NCBI GenBank assembly: GCA_015065505.1
Contig: SVQE01000002.1
Span: 1,502 to 65,501, forward strand
DNA: 64,000 nucleotides
Source of the DNA: Oscillospiraceae bacterium
GTDB lineage: Bacteria > Bacillota > Clostridia > Oscillospirales > Acutalibacteraceae
Direction of reading: 5' to 3'
The translations under genes and the position numbers were made by a program. The notes under the pieces were generated by a model. The model worked only from the letters and a program-made list of their open reading frames with translations, ran no database searches and was not told the DNA's origin. This document shows positions 19,069 to 29,155 of the stretch, piece by piece. The stretch's first letter is position 1, and every line of letters starts with the position of its first letter.

Positions 19069-20298
19069 CTATTTCTTCTCTTTTTCTGCTTCTTCCGCAT
19101 TAATTTCTTCTGCGGTTTTTTCATAGATATATTCTATAAGCATTTCTTTATTCTTTTCAGCGTCAACCCTGATAACCGAAGCGCCGTTGATTGTTGCGTA
19201 TTCCCAGGTGCCGTCAAACGGAACGCGTGCGTCCGTTCTTTCTCCCTTGAGGCAGGGCAGGGTGGAAAAGGCAATCTTTTTAATCTCGCTCTTGGTTAAG
19301 TCGGTTTCAAGATAGGGCGCGCAGTTTTTAGCTAAATCGTAGAGCTTGAGCGGATTTGATTTAACCTTATCAAGAATTGCGTTAATAACAATTCTCTGAC
19401 GCTTTGCTCGCATAAAATCGGTGTCTATCTTTCTGATTCTTGAATATGCAAGCGCCTGCTCGCCTGTTAAGTTGTGCTTGCCTGCTTCAAGCTCAACATG
19501 CCCGTATCTGACCTTGTGCCTTGTAACTTCCCTGGCTTCCTTTTCGGTGACTTCAATTTCAACGCCGCCGATGCTGTCAACCATTGCCTTGAACATCTCA
19601 AAATCGGTTACAATATATCCGTCTATATCAACGCCGTAGTTGTATTCAATCGCGTCAACAACGCCGCTATAGCCGTTTTCCTGAGCCGAGGTATTAATTC
19701 TCTGGTTATAGCCCTTTGAGGGGATGTAAACCCAGCTGTCTCTTAAAAATGAAATCATTTTAAGGCAGCCGTGCTTCTTGTCGATTGAAACAAGCATCAT
19801 TGAATCGGGGTGGCTTGTTTCCTTATCCTGATTCTTTCGTGCGTCAACGCCGAGAAGAAGTATGTTTGTAACATCCTTTTCGCTCTTCAAATCGGCAGAT
19901 TGAACATATGTATTTTCCTTTTTCTCGTCATAGTTTATTTTGCCGAGAACGCTGTTAACCATCGATGATGCTGCAATAACAGCAATGATAACAAGCGCAA
20001 GCACAGCGGCCAAAATGCCTTTAAAAATTCGTGCCTTTTTCTTCTTTTTCGATTTCTTTTTAGAAGCGGTCTTGCGCTTTTCTTCTCTTTCAATTTCGTT
20101 ATCCCTTGTGCGTTCACGCGTGAAGTCGCTCAGAATATCGGTGGAATAGCTATCCGTCTGCCTGTTTGAACGCACGGGCGGTTCAAGCGCGTTATCAAAA
20201 TCCCTGTAGTAGTTTTCGTTTTCGGGAACGCTTCTGTCCCTTGAATCGTTGTTAATTCTTCTGTCGGGATTAAATCCCTCATTATCAAATCTTGGCAT
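19069..20298 (-). CDS. LytR-CpsA-Psr (LCP) family protein
   Basis: Charged N-terminal tail, TM, NILLLGVD, RDSWV, ALAYSRIR..D.DFMRAKRQR. Confidence 0.92.
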   Translation of the reverse strand: MPRFDNEGFNPDRRINNDSRDRSVPENENYYRDFDNALEPPVRSNRQTDSYSTDILSDFTRERTRDNEIEREEKRKTASKKKSKKKKKARIFKGILAAVLALVIIAVIAASSMVNSVLGKINYDEKKENTYVQSADLKSEKDVTNILLLGVDARKNQDKETSHPDSMMLVSIDKKHGCLKMISFLRDSWVYIPSKGYNQRINTSAQENGYSGVVDAIEYNYGVDIDGYIVTDFEMFKAMVDSIGGVEIEVTEKEAREVTRHKVRYGHVELEAGKHNLTGEQALAYSRIRKIDTDFMRAKRQRIVINAILDKVKSNPLKLYDLAKNCAPYLETDLTKSEIKKIAFSTLPCLKGERTDARVPFDGTWEYATINGASVIRVDAEKNKEMLIEYIYEKTAEEINAEEAEKEKK

Positions 20299-20332
20299 AT
20301 TTGCACCTTCAATTAAACATCACAATAATAAG

Positions 20333-20666
20333 TGCGAGCTGCCCGTAAGCCGAGTTCTGTCGTGGACGATTATCTATCTCGACGCATTGTTGCCAATACG
20401 CTCAAGCCGCCCGTTGAAGTTATGTGTCGAGCAAACAACTCTTCTGTCGGCGTTGCAGCGGATGGGGTTTACATGGCAGCAGGTGTCTCCATCTGCTCGG
20501 TGGGCTCTTACCCCGCCTTTCCATCCTTACCTACAAAGTAGGCGGTTTATTTCTGTTGCACTTTCCCTAAGGTCACCCTCGGCGGCCGTTAGCCGTCATC
20601 CTGCTCTGTGCTGCTCGGACTTTCCTCACGAATCAAAGATTCGCGCAATCGTCTGGACAACTCGCA
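20333..20666 (-). ncRNA. rnpB: RNase P RNA (type A)
   Basis: Minus strand has GAGGAAAGTCCGAGC, GTGCAACAGAAA, GGTAAACCCC and terminal ACAGAACTCGGCTTAC; P1 pairing gcgagttgtcc/gggcagctcgc. Confidence 0.97.
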
Positions 20667-20776
20667 GGTATAATAATAAAGTATTTTTTTACAAAAATCA
20701 ACAATTATTAAAAATTAGTTGAAAACAAAAAACATATATAGTAAAATATAGCAAACACATTGAAAGGATTAATACT

Positions 20777-21622
20777 ATGCTTGTTAATATGAAAGAGCTG
20801 CTGCAAAAGGCAGAGGAAGGCAATTACGCCGTTGGCTCGTTTTCCGTTGCGAATATGGAAATGGTGCTCGGTGTTCTTAAAGCGGCAAAAGAGCTTAACG
20901 CTCCCGTTATTCTTCAGATTGCCGAGGTTCGCTTAAAGCAATCTCCGCTTGAGGTTATCGGTCCGCTCATGGTTGCAGCCGCAAAGGCAGCTTCAACGCC
21001 CGTTGCCGTTCATTTCGACCACGGCAAAACAATGGAAAAAATATCCGAGGCGCTTGAAATCGGCTTCACCTCGGTTATGTTTGACGGCTCGCATCTTCCG
21101 CTTGATGAAAACATCGCGCAAACAAACGAGGTTATTAAAAAAGCAAGGCAGTACGGCGCTGCCGTTGAGGCAGAAATCGGATGCGTTGGCGGAAGTGAGG
21201 ACGGAAGCGAGGATATTGCAATCAACTGCACAAAGCCCGAGGATGCCGTTCGTTTTGAAAACGAAACAGGCGTGGACGCACTTGCTATCGCAATAGGCAA
21301 CGCTCACGGAAATTATAAATCAACCCCGAAGCTTCGCTTTGATATTCTTGAAGAGGTTGAAAAGCTCACTAAAACACCGCTTGTTCTTCACGGAGGAACG
21401 GGAATAACGCCCGACGATTTTGTTAAATGCTCTAAAACAGGCATAAAGAAGATAAATATTGCAACCGCAACCTTTGATATGGTTGAAAAAACCGTAAGAG
21501 ACTGTTATAATGAAAACAGCATCGGCGGTTATTACGACCTGCAGGCTGCCGAGGTTGAAGGCGCATACCAGAACGCAAAGCACCACATCCTCATTTTCGG
21601 CACAGAGAACAAAGCAGTTTAA
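20777..21622 (+). CDS. Class II ketose-bisphosphate aldolase (IolJ-like)
   Basis: HFDHG, SVMFDGS, GNAHG, LVLHGGTG; adjacent to iolC. Confidence 0.88.
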   Translation: MLVNMKELLQKAEEGNYAVGSFSVANMEMVLGVLKAAKELNAPVILQIAEVRLKQSPLEVIGPLMVAAAKAASTPVAVHFDHGKTMEKISEALEIGFTSVMFDGSHLPLDENIAQTNEVIKKARQYGAAVEAEIGCVGGSEDGSEDIAINCTKPEDAVRFENETGVDALAIAIGNAHGNYKSTPKLRFDILEEVEKLTKTPLVLHGGTGITPDDFVKCSKTGIKKINIATATFDMVEKTVRDCYNENSIGGYYDLQAAEVEGAYQNAKHHILIFGTENKAV

Positions 21623-21689
21623 ACCGTGTTCAGATTAGCTTTACTCTGTTCAATAAAGCGTAAACAAATAGCATAAGGAGATTAACGCT

Positions 21690-22709
21690 ATGCAGAATTA
21701 TATTAAATTTGATATGAGCAAACCCATTGATTTCATTCCAATCGGAAGAATCGCAATCGACTTCAACCCGACAGATATGTATATGCCTCTTTCAGAGTCA
21801 TCAAATTTCAACAAATATGTTGGCGGTTCACCTGCCAATATTGCAGTTGGTCTTGCAAGACTCGGCTGTAAGGTTGGTTTCCAGGGCTGCGTTTCAGACG
21901 ACCAGTTCGGTGATTTCGTTGTTAACTATTTCGATAAAGAGGGAATAGATACTTCAAAAATCACAAGAGCTAAAAACGGCGAATGCCTCGGCTTAACCTT
22001 CACCGAAATTCTTTCGAAGGAAAAGAGTTCAATCCTTATGTACAGGGATAATGTTGCAGATTTCTGCCTTGCTCCCGAGGATATTGATGAGGAATATATC
22101 GCGTCCGCAAAGGCTATCGTTATCAGCGGAACTGCTCTTGCTCAGAGCCCTTCAAGAGAGGCTTGCCTCAAGGCAATGATTCTCGCAAAAAAGAATAACA
22201 CAAGAATTATTTTTGATATCGACTACCGTGAATATACCTGGAAGAGCATGGATGAAATCGCTGTTTATTACAGCCTTGTTGCTCAGAATGCAGATATCAT
22301 CATGGGCTCAAGAGAAGAGTTCGATTTAACCGAGGGCATAATCGGCGCAAGAGAAAGCGACCCCGAATCAGCTAAATACTGGCAGTCCTTCGGTGCTTCA
22401 ATCTGCGTTATCAAGCACGGTAAGGAAGGCTCAACCGCATACACGAATGACGGTAAGTTCTACACAATCAAGCCCTTCCCCGCAGTTAAGCTCAAGGGCT
22501 TCGGCGGCGGCGACGGCTACGGCTCCTCCTTCCTTTATTCACTTCTTCAGGGCAAGGACATCATCGATTGCCTTGAATTCGGTTCAGCTTCAGCTTCAAT
22601 TCTCATTTCTGCTCATTCCTGCTCCGATGCAATGCCTTCAGCTGTTCAGGTTGAAGAATTCATCAAGAAGAGTAAAGAGGAGTATGGCGAAATGGTAGCT
22701 CGAGCTTAA
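21690..22709 (+). CDS. iolC: 5-dehydro-2-deoxygluconokinase (PfkB family)
   Basis: GRIAIDFNP, YVGGSPANIA, FDIDYR, GFGGGDGY, HSCSDAMP. Confidence 0.9.
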   Translation: MQNYIKFDMSKPIDFIPIGRIAIDFNPTDMYMPLSESSNFNKYVGGSPANIAVGLARLGCKVGFQGCVSDDQFGDFVVNYFDKEGIDTSKITRAKNGECLGLTFTEILSKEKSSILMYRDNVADFCLAPEDIDEEYIASAKAIVISGTALAQSPSREACLKAMILAKKNNTRIIFDIDYREYTWKSMDEIAVYYSLVAQNADIIMGSREEFDLTEGIIGARESDPESAKYWQSFGASICVIKHGKEGSTAYTNDGKFYTIKPFPAVKLKGFGGGDGYGSSFLYSLLQGKDIIDCLEFGSASASILISAHSCSDAMPSAVQVEEFIKKSKEEYGEMVARA

Positions 22710-22833
22710 AATCGTCTCTTTTTCCGTTATGCTGCGTTACGGCAAAAATCCCGCTCGGTCACATACAGCGCGTATGCTCCCGTCGTCGTGATTTTCGCCA
22801 AGCCTTGCCTAACGAAAAAATAGCCTGATTTTA
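22707..22833. repeat. Long imperfect intergenic hairpin (REP/MITE-like)
   Basis: Nested pairings aaaatc/gatttt, ttttccgtta/taacgaaaaa, ggcaaaaatc/gattttcgcc, catac/gtatg. Confidence 0.55.
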
Positions 22834-22879
22834 TAATACTTACCAACTTAAAACCTAATAACTAAAAAGGAGATAATTT

Positions 22880-24046
22880 ATGAGTCCTATTCTTCTTGCC
22901 GCGTCCACACTCGGCGATAAAATTGACAGTGCTTTTGCAGCTTTTGATTTATGGGTTTTCCATTTCTTCGGAAGCATGCAGTGCGGCTTTTTAACCGCAG
23001 TTGCAAAGATTTTCACAACCTTCGGCGATGAGGCTTTCGTTATTCCGATGGCAGTTCTCGGAGTTGTTCTTTGCTTCTTCAAGAAAACAAGAAAATACGG
23101 CTTTGCGCTTATCTTTGCAATAGCAATCGGAACAATAGTAACAAATGTTGTTGTTAAGCCGATGGCGCTTCGTATCAGACCTTATAACACGCTTCAGGCT
23201 AATGCAGATTACTGGAAATGGTATCTCGGCGCAGGAATGCTTTCCGAGAGCGATTATTCCTTCCCGTCGGGTCACACAACCGCAGCTTTTGAAATCGGAA
23301 TTTCAATGTTCCTTGTATTCATGAGCGAAAAGAAAAAGAAAATCGCGTGGATTTTCCCCTGCATTGCAGTTTTCACAATGTGCAGCCGTGTTTATTTAAT
23401 GGTTCACTATGCAACAGACGTTCTTTGCGGACTTGTTGTCGGTTCACTTGCAGGCGTTATGGCATTCTTCCTTTCAAAGCTTGTTTGCAAACTCTTTGAA
23501 AAGGTTAAATTCCTTGATGCAATTGATGTTGACAGGCTTTTCAAGAAGTGCGATAAGGAAGATAAACATCCTTATATCTGGAATAAAATAGTTATCTGTG
23601 TTGCAGTTGCAGCATTTTTCTGCGGTGCGTTCATTCCCTCGCTTACAGAGGGTGGAGCGGAAGCTGAACGCTGTGCATACGATGAGGAATATGATTGCCA
23701 GAACGAGCCTAAATCAGACCTTGAAAAATATCCTGTAATCGATGGTCAGAAGTATTGCAAGATTCACCACAAGGAATATGCTGCAGACCTTATTTATTCA
23801 GAGGACGGCGTTATTACAGCACTTCCTGAACTCCCCGAGGGTGAGGCTTGGCAGGAAGGCGAGGTTGACGGCTTCTTAAAGACCGAAACCGACGCAAAGG
23901 TTAAGCTTGAATGGAATGAAACCGAGGTTAAGCTTACTGTTGAAAGCGAAAAGGCTCAGGATATCAAGATTGGTATTTCGGGCGGCGAACAGCAAACCGT
24001 TTCATTTGAAAAGGGCGAAACCAAAGAGGTTGTTTTAACAAGATAA
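22880..24046 (+). CDS. PAP2 family membrane phosphatase with extracellular C-terminal extension
   Basis: K....RIRP, SFPSGHT and SRVYLMVHY motifs. Confidence 0.88.
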   Translation: MSPILLAASTLGDKIDSAFAAFDLWVFHFFGSMQCGFLTAVAKIFTTFGDEAFVIPMAVLGVVLCFFKKTRKYGFALIFAIAIGTIVTNVVVKPMALRIRPYNTLQANADYWKWYLGAGMLSESDYSFPSGHTTAAFEIGISMFLVFMSEKKKKIAWIFPCIAVFTMCSRVYLMVHYATDVLCGLVVGSLAGVMAFFLSKLVCKLFEKVKFLDAIDVDRLFKKCDKEDKHPYIWNKIVICVAVAAFFCGAFIPSLTEGGAEAERCAYDEEYDCQNEPKSDLEKYPVIDGQKYCKIHHKEYAADLIYSEDGVITALPELPEGEAWQEGEVDGFLKTETDAKVKLEWNETEVKLTVESEKAQDIKIGISGGEQQTVSFEKGETKEVVLTR

Positions 24047-24057
24047 AATAATAAATC

Positions 24058-24092
24058 AGAACCGCCGAGGGTATTCCTTCGGCGGTTCTTTT
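24058..24092 (+). terminator. Intrinsic terminator
   Basis: agaaccgccgagg-gtatt-ccttcggcggttctttt. Confidence 0.85.
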
Positions 24093-24186
24093 ATACTATA
24101 TATTAACAAGTTTACGCATACTGTAAACGATATTGTTAATTTTTTATCAATCCATTGTAATATTTTACAAAGATTTTTCACTTACA

Positions 24187-24214
24187 TTGACAAAAAGTTG
24201 AATATCTATATAAT
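24187..24214 (+). promoter_or_regulatory. Sigma-A promoter of serC-serA
   Basis: TTGACA-16 bp-TATAAT. Confidence 0.7.
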
Positions 24215-24276
24215 AGACTACAGTGCTTTAAATAAATAGCATTTTCTATAACAAATTAATGAAAGAGGTAAATATT

Positions 24277-25362
24277 ATGGCAAGAGTTTATAATTTCAGT
24301 GCAGGTCCTTCAACACTTCCCGAGTCAGTTCTCGAGAAGGCTGCGGCAGAAATGATGGACTATAAGGGAAGCGGACAGAGCGTTATGGAAATGAGCCACC
24401 GCTCAAAGGTTTTTGATGAAATCATCAAAGAGGCTGAGGCTCTTATGAGAGAGCTCTACAAGGTTCCCGATAACTACAAGGTTTTATTCCTTCAGGGCGG
24501 TGCTTCCGCACAGTTCTCTGCAATTCCGCTTAACTTCATGAACGGCAGCGGCAAGGCAGATTATATTATCACAGGTCAGTGGGCAAAGAAGGCTTTCCAG
24601 GAAGCTCAGAAATACGGCGATGCAAAGGCAGTTGCTTCTTCGGCAGATAAAACCTTCAGCTACATCCCCAAAACCAAGGCAGAGGACTTCAGAGAGGATG
24701 CAGACTATGTTTATATCTGCATGAACAACACAATTTACGGAACTATCTATAAAGAGCTTCCTCCCGTTGGAGATAAGGTTCTTATTGCAGACGTTTCTTC
24801 ATGCGCTCTTTCAGAGCCCCTTGACATCAGCAAGTTCGGCGTTGTTTACTTCGGCGCACAGAAAAACGTTGCTCCTGCAGGTCTTGTTGTTGCAATCATC
24901 CGTGAGGACCTTCTCGGCAATGCAAGAGATATCACACCCGTTATGATGAACTACAAGGTTCAGGCAGACGCAGATTCTCTTTACAATACTCCTCCCTGCT
25001 GGACAATTTACATCTGCAAGCTCGTTCTCGACTGGATTAAGGAAGAGTTCGGCGACCTTGAGGCTATGAAGGCTCACAACGAAAAGAAGGCAAAGATTCT
25101 CTATGATTATCTTGATTCTTCAAATATGTTCAAGGGCACAGTTGTTCCCGAGGACAGAAGCCTTATGAATGTTCCTTTCGTAACAGATTCAGATGAGCTC
25201 AATGCAAAATTCATCAAAGAGGCAACAGAGGCAGGCTTTGTTAACCTTAAGGGCCACAGAACAGTTGGCGGTATGAGAGCTTCCATCTATAACGCAATGC
25301 CGATTGAGGGCGTTGAGAAGCTTGTTGCATTCATGAAGAAATTTGAAGAGGAGAACAAGTAA
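24277..25362 (+). CDS. serC: Phosphoserine aminotransferase
   Basis: YNFSAGPS, EMSHRS, GAQKN, YNTPP, KGHRTVGGMRASIYNA. Confidence 0.97.
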   Translation: MARVYNFSAGPSTLPESVLEKAAAEMMDYKGSGQSVMEMSHRSKVFDEIIKEAEALMRELYKVPDNYKVLFLQGGASAQFSAIPLNFMNGSGKADYIITGQWAKKAFQEAQKYGDAKAVASSADKTFSYIPKTKAEDFREDADYVYICMNNTIYGTIYKELPPVGDKVLIADVSSCALSEPLDISKFGVVYFGAQKNVAPAGLVVAIIREDLLGNARDITPVMMNYKVQADADSLYNTPPCWTIYICKLVLDWIKEEFGDLEAMKAHNEKKAKILYDYLDSSNMFKGTVVPEDRSLMNVPFVTDSDELNAKFIKEATEAGFVNLKGHRTVGGMRASIYNAMPIEGVEKLVAFMKKFEEENK

Positions 25363-25404
25363 TCTAATCGACTGTCTTTTCGCAGCCGGCTTACTTGATT
25401 GATT

Positions 25405-25516
25405 CCCCTCATCCGTCTGCCTTACGGCAGCCACCTTTTGCTAGCGCAGACGCTCCCCTCTGTCAGCTATCGCTGACATCTCCCCGTTAATCGGGGAGTA
25501 CCCCGAGGGGGAAGGC
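25405..25516. repeat. Nested REP-like palindromic elements
   Basis: Outer cccctcatccgtctgccttacggcagccacctt...ccccgagggggaagg interrupted by inner cccctctgtcagctatcgctgacatctccccg..cggggag. Confidence 0.65.
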
Positions 25517-25548
25517 AAAAAGGTTATAGTATAAGGAGATTTATTTAT

Positions 25549-26709
25549 ATGTTTAACATCAAAACTCTTAATAAAATTTCAAATGTAGGTCTTTCAAAAT
25601 TCGATTTATCAAAATACACCTACGCAGACGATATCGAAAATCCCGATGCAATTATGGTAAGAAGCGCATCAATGCACGATATGGAAATGCCCGAATCGCT
25701 TCTTGCAATCGCAAGAGCAGGTGCAGGCACAAACAATATCCCCGTTGCAGATTGTGCTGAAAAGGGTATAGTTGTTTTCAACACACCGGGTGCAAACGCA
25801 AACGCTGTTAAAGAGCTTGTTATCCTCGGTCTGCTTCTTTCATCAAGAAAGGTTACAAAGGCTATTGATTGGTGCAAAACCATCAAGGATGAGGGCGACA
25901 ATGTCGGCAAAACCGTTGAAAAGGGCAAGAGCGCTTTTGCAGGTCCCGAAATCAAGGGCAAAACACTCGGCGTTATCGGTCTCGGCGCTATCGGCAGACT
26001 TGTTGCAGAGGCAGCAGTTGACCTCGGAATGAATGTTATCGGCTACGACCCGTATCTTCCCGAGGATGCTCAGCTTAAAAACGGAATCACTCTCAACAAC
26101 AATCTTGAAGAGATTTTCCCCGTTGCAGATTATTTAACACTTCATGTTCCGCTCACAGATGCAACTAAGGAGCTTGTTAACAAGGATACTATTGCAACTA
26201 TGAAGGACGGCGTTCGCATTATGAACTTTGCAAGAGGCGCTCTTGCAAACAGCGACGATGTTATCGAGGCTCTTGAGGAGGGCAAAATGAGCGCTTATGT
26301 AACCGATTTCCCCGATGCTAAGGTTATCGGCGTGGACGGCGTTATCGCAATTCCTCACCTCGGCGCGTCAACTCCCGAAAGTGAAGAAAACTGCGCTGCA
26401 ATGGGCGCTATGGAGCTTATTGATTTCCTTGAAAACGGAAATATCAAAAACTCAGTTAATATGCCCAATGTTTCTCTCGGCAAAACAGGCACTTGCAGAA
26501 TCACCGTTATTCACAAGAACCAGCCGAATATGATTTCAACAATCACCGATACTGTTTCAAAGGACGGCGTTAACATCGCTTCATTTGAAGATAAAAACAG
26601 GGGCGACATCGCTTATGCAATTATCGATTGCGATACCGATGTTTCTTCAACAGTCGAAAGCGACATCAACGCAATCGACGGCGTTATCAGAGTAAGAGTT
26701 ATAAAGTAA
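25549..26709 (+). CDS. serA: D-3-phosphoglycerate dehydrogenase with ACT domain
   Basis: RAGAGTNNI, GVIGLGAIG, PHLGAST; downstream of serC. Confidence 0.93.
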   Translation: MFNIKTLNKISNVGLSKFDLSKYTYADDIENPDAIMVRSASMHDMEMPESLLAIARAGAGTNNIPVADCAEKGIVVFNTPGANANAVKELVILGLLLSSRKVTKAIDWCKTIKDEGDNVGKTVEKGKSAFAGPEIKGKTLGVIGLGAIGRLVAEAAVDLGMNVIGYDPYLPEDAQLKNGITLNNNLEEIFPVADYLTLHVPLTDATKELVNKDTIATMKDGVRIMNFARGALANSDDVIEALEEGKMSAYVTDFPDAKVIGVDGVIAIPHLGASTPESEENCAAMGAMELIDFLENGNIKNSVNMPNVSLGKTGTCRITVIHKNQPNMISTITDTVSKDGVNIASFEDKNRGDIAYAIIDCDTDVSSTVESDINAIDGVIRVRVIK

Positions 26710-26887
26710 AAACTCATTATAAAAATCGGGATTTGATTTTGCGAATCCCGGTTTTGTGTTTTTTCAGATTTCATATTTAATATTCAGAATAAACTATTAT
26801 AATAAGGGTGGGGCGACTTATTAAATCCCTAAATTGCCCACCCTAATATTTGTTAAGTTTTTTTATTTGATTCGGAGGCGAAGGAAA

Positions 26888-27739
26888 ATGAAAGAATCAA
26901 GAAAAACTACATTACTGCAGCTTCAGCTCAGCTTGCCTGTAAGGATTATTATAACCTTGTTGGTTATGGCAGTGCTCATAGCGTTTGTTTATTTCTGCAA
27001 GATACCAAATCCCAATATGATATTGATTGCAGGACTTGTTTTATGTTCTGCTCTGTTTGGCTTCGGAGGAGGTATAACCTCCTCGGTTATTATGCTTGGC
27101 TATACCCTTTTCTTCTTTTCGACAGATAACAGCTTTATTCATTTTAACACCGAAAATATGCAGAAGGTTGCTGTTTCGTTAATAGGAATTGTTGCAGATA
27201 TGCTTTTTGTTTGCTTTCTTAAAAAAGCGGAGGTTCAGGCGTTTGAACGTGTTGAAGCCCTGACAGATGATCTTCATAAAGAAAATGAATTATTGCAGCA
27301 ATTATCACAGACAGATGCCTTAACGGGTATTCGCAACAGAATGGCGTTAAGAAGGGATTATGACAGCTATCAGGGAACAGAAGTTGTTGTTATGATGCTC
27401 GACCTTAATAACTTCAAAATGATAAATGATACCCGCGGTCACGAGGAGGGCGACCGTATTCTTAAGGAAACGGGCGCGCTTCTTTCCGATACTTTCGGAA
27501 GCGAGCATTGCTATCGCTATGGCGGTGATGAGTTTCTTATTATTATTCCCGACACAAAGATTGAGTTGTTTGAAGAAAAGCTGAATGTGATTAATAAGTC
27601 AAAACCAGCTGTTGATGATAACTTAGCAGCTGAATTTTCAATAGGTTATGTTCACGCCTTTCTGGATGACTCGGGCACTCTTCGTAATCTCATAGCTCAA
27701 GCGGATATGAAGATGTATGAAGCTAAGAAAAACAAATAA
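26888..27739 (+). CDS. Membrane-bound diguanylate cyclase
   Basis: 4 TM segments, TDALTG..NR, D..GH..GD, RYGGDEF. Confidence 0.92.
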   Translation: MKESRKTTLLQLQLSLPVRIIITLLVMAVLIAFVYFCKIPNPNMILIAGLVLCSALFGFGGGITSSVIMLGYTLFFFSTDNSFIHFNTENMQKVAVSLIGIVADMLFVCFLKKAEVQAFERVEALTDDLHKENELLQQLSQTDALTGIRNRMALRRDYDSYQGTEVVVMMLDLNNFKMINDTRGHEEGDRILKETGALLSDTFGSEHCYRYGGDEFLIIIPDTKIELFEEKLNVINKSKPAVDDNLAAEFSIGYVHAFLDDSGTLRNLIAQADMKMYEAKKNK

Positions 27740-27865
27740 TAATCATAAATCACTCACTTTATTAATTTTTTGTTAATTCTCGGAAAAAAGCGTAATTTTT
27801 TGGCAATTAAAGGTACTTATTTATGTAGGCGTTTATTTATTACATAAAGAAAGAAGGAAATAAAA

Positions 27866-29017
27866 ATGAAAAAAACACTGTCAATTATTTTGTCAATTGT
27901 TATGCTGATAAGCTCAATGTTGTCGGCGGTGAACGCTTTTGCTTATAAAAAGGCAGAAGCGCCCACGGTAACGCTCGGCGAAAGCTTTGAGGTTAATATG
28001 AAAGCGGTAAGCGCGCTTAAAATTTTGGCGCTTGATGAAGATGACCTTGCAAAATCCGATTTCTACTGTGCAAAATTCACTCCCGAAAAAACGGCATACT
28101 ATGAATTTGTTTTTGACACCGATTACACAGATGCCGACGATGATTCAATGCTTATTGCATTTATCGGCGATGAAAAGGACGAAATCGTGAATATGTCGAT
28201 GTGCCTTGCATTTGATGAAGAGGATATGAAAGAGCTTGAAGAACTCGGAATTACCGATAACACGGCAAATCCTTCAATGGCGTCACAGCTTACAAAGGGC
28301 AAAGCGTACTATCTTATTATTGTTAATGTTGGTAAAAAGGCATACAAGTCAAACGTTGTCATAAATGAGCACACTCATAAAACATATAACGATAAGGAAA
28401 AGGCATATGTTGATGATGAGGACCTTGAATTTTGCTTTGACGGTTCATACTACACAACCTGCGACGAAAACGGCTGCGATTATATGAAAACAACAAAAAC
28501 GATTTACGCAGTTAAAAGCATTTCGCTTTCAAAATCCTCCTACACCTATGACGGCAAGGAGAAAAAGCCCACTGTAACCATTAAAGACCGCAAGGGCAAC
28601 AAGCTTGATAAATCGAACTACTCAGTTAAGTATTCAAGCAATAAAAAGGTTGGAACGGCAAAGGTTAAAATCACCTTTAAAAATGACTATGAAGGCAGCT
28701 TCACAAAAACCTTTAAGATTAATCCGAAGGGCACAAGCCTTACAAGTGTTAAGGCAACCAAAAAGGGCTTCACTGCAAAGTGGAAGAAGCAGTCAACCCA
28801 AACAACGGGATATCAGATTCAATATGCAACCGATTCAAAGTTTACAAAAAGCAAAAAGACCGTAACCGTTAAGGGAACGAAAAACTTAAGCAAAACCGTT
28901 TCAAAGCTCGGCGGAAAGAAAAAGTATTATGTCAGAGTAAGAACCTATAAAACCGTTGGGGATAAAAAATACTATTCCTCATGGTCAAAGGCAAAAACGG
29001 TTACAACGAAAAAGTAA
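27866..29017 (+). CDS. Secreted protein with C-terminal Ig-like and fibronectin type III domains
   Basis: Signal peptide; YTYDGKEKKP..., KWKKQ..TGYQIQY...KKYYVRVRTY...YYSSWS. Confidence 0.85.
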   Translation: MKKTLSIILSIVMLISSMLSAVNAFAYKKAEAPTVTLGESFEVNMKAVSALKILALDEDDLAKSDFYCAKFTPEKTAYYEFVFDTDYTDADDDSMLIAFIGDEKDEIVNMSMCLAFDEEDMKELEELGITDNTANPSMASQLTKGKAYYLIIVNVGKKAYKSNVVINEHTHKTYNDKEKAYVDDEDLEFCFDGSYYTTCDENGCDYMKTTKTIYAVKSISLSKSSYTYDGKEKKPTVTIKDRKGNKLDKSNYSVKYSSNKKVGTAKVKITFKNDYEGSFTKTFKINPKGTSLTSVKATKKGFTAKWKKQSTQTTGYQIQYATDSKFTKSKKTVTVKGTKNLSKTVSKLGGKKKYYVRVRTYKTVGDKKYYSSWSKAKTVTTKK

Positions 29018-29031
29018 AGACGCTATAAACT

Positions 29032-29073
29032 ATCAAGCCTTGATGTATTTATTCATCAAGGCTTGATTTGTTT
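29032..29073 (+). terminator. Intrinsic terminator
   Basis: atcaagccttgatg...catcaaggcttgat perfect 14-bp stem. Confidence 0.8.
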
Positions 29074-29155
29074 TATATTATTTGTGACAAAACTTTTAAA
29101 ATGGGGGACATATATATGAAAGGATAATACTTCAATAGCAACAGGAGAGGCGAAA

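Noticed and set aside
20249-20722. ORFs 20249-20722 and 20332-20541
   Set aside because: Shadow ORFs antisense to RNase P RNA
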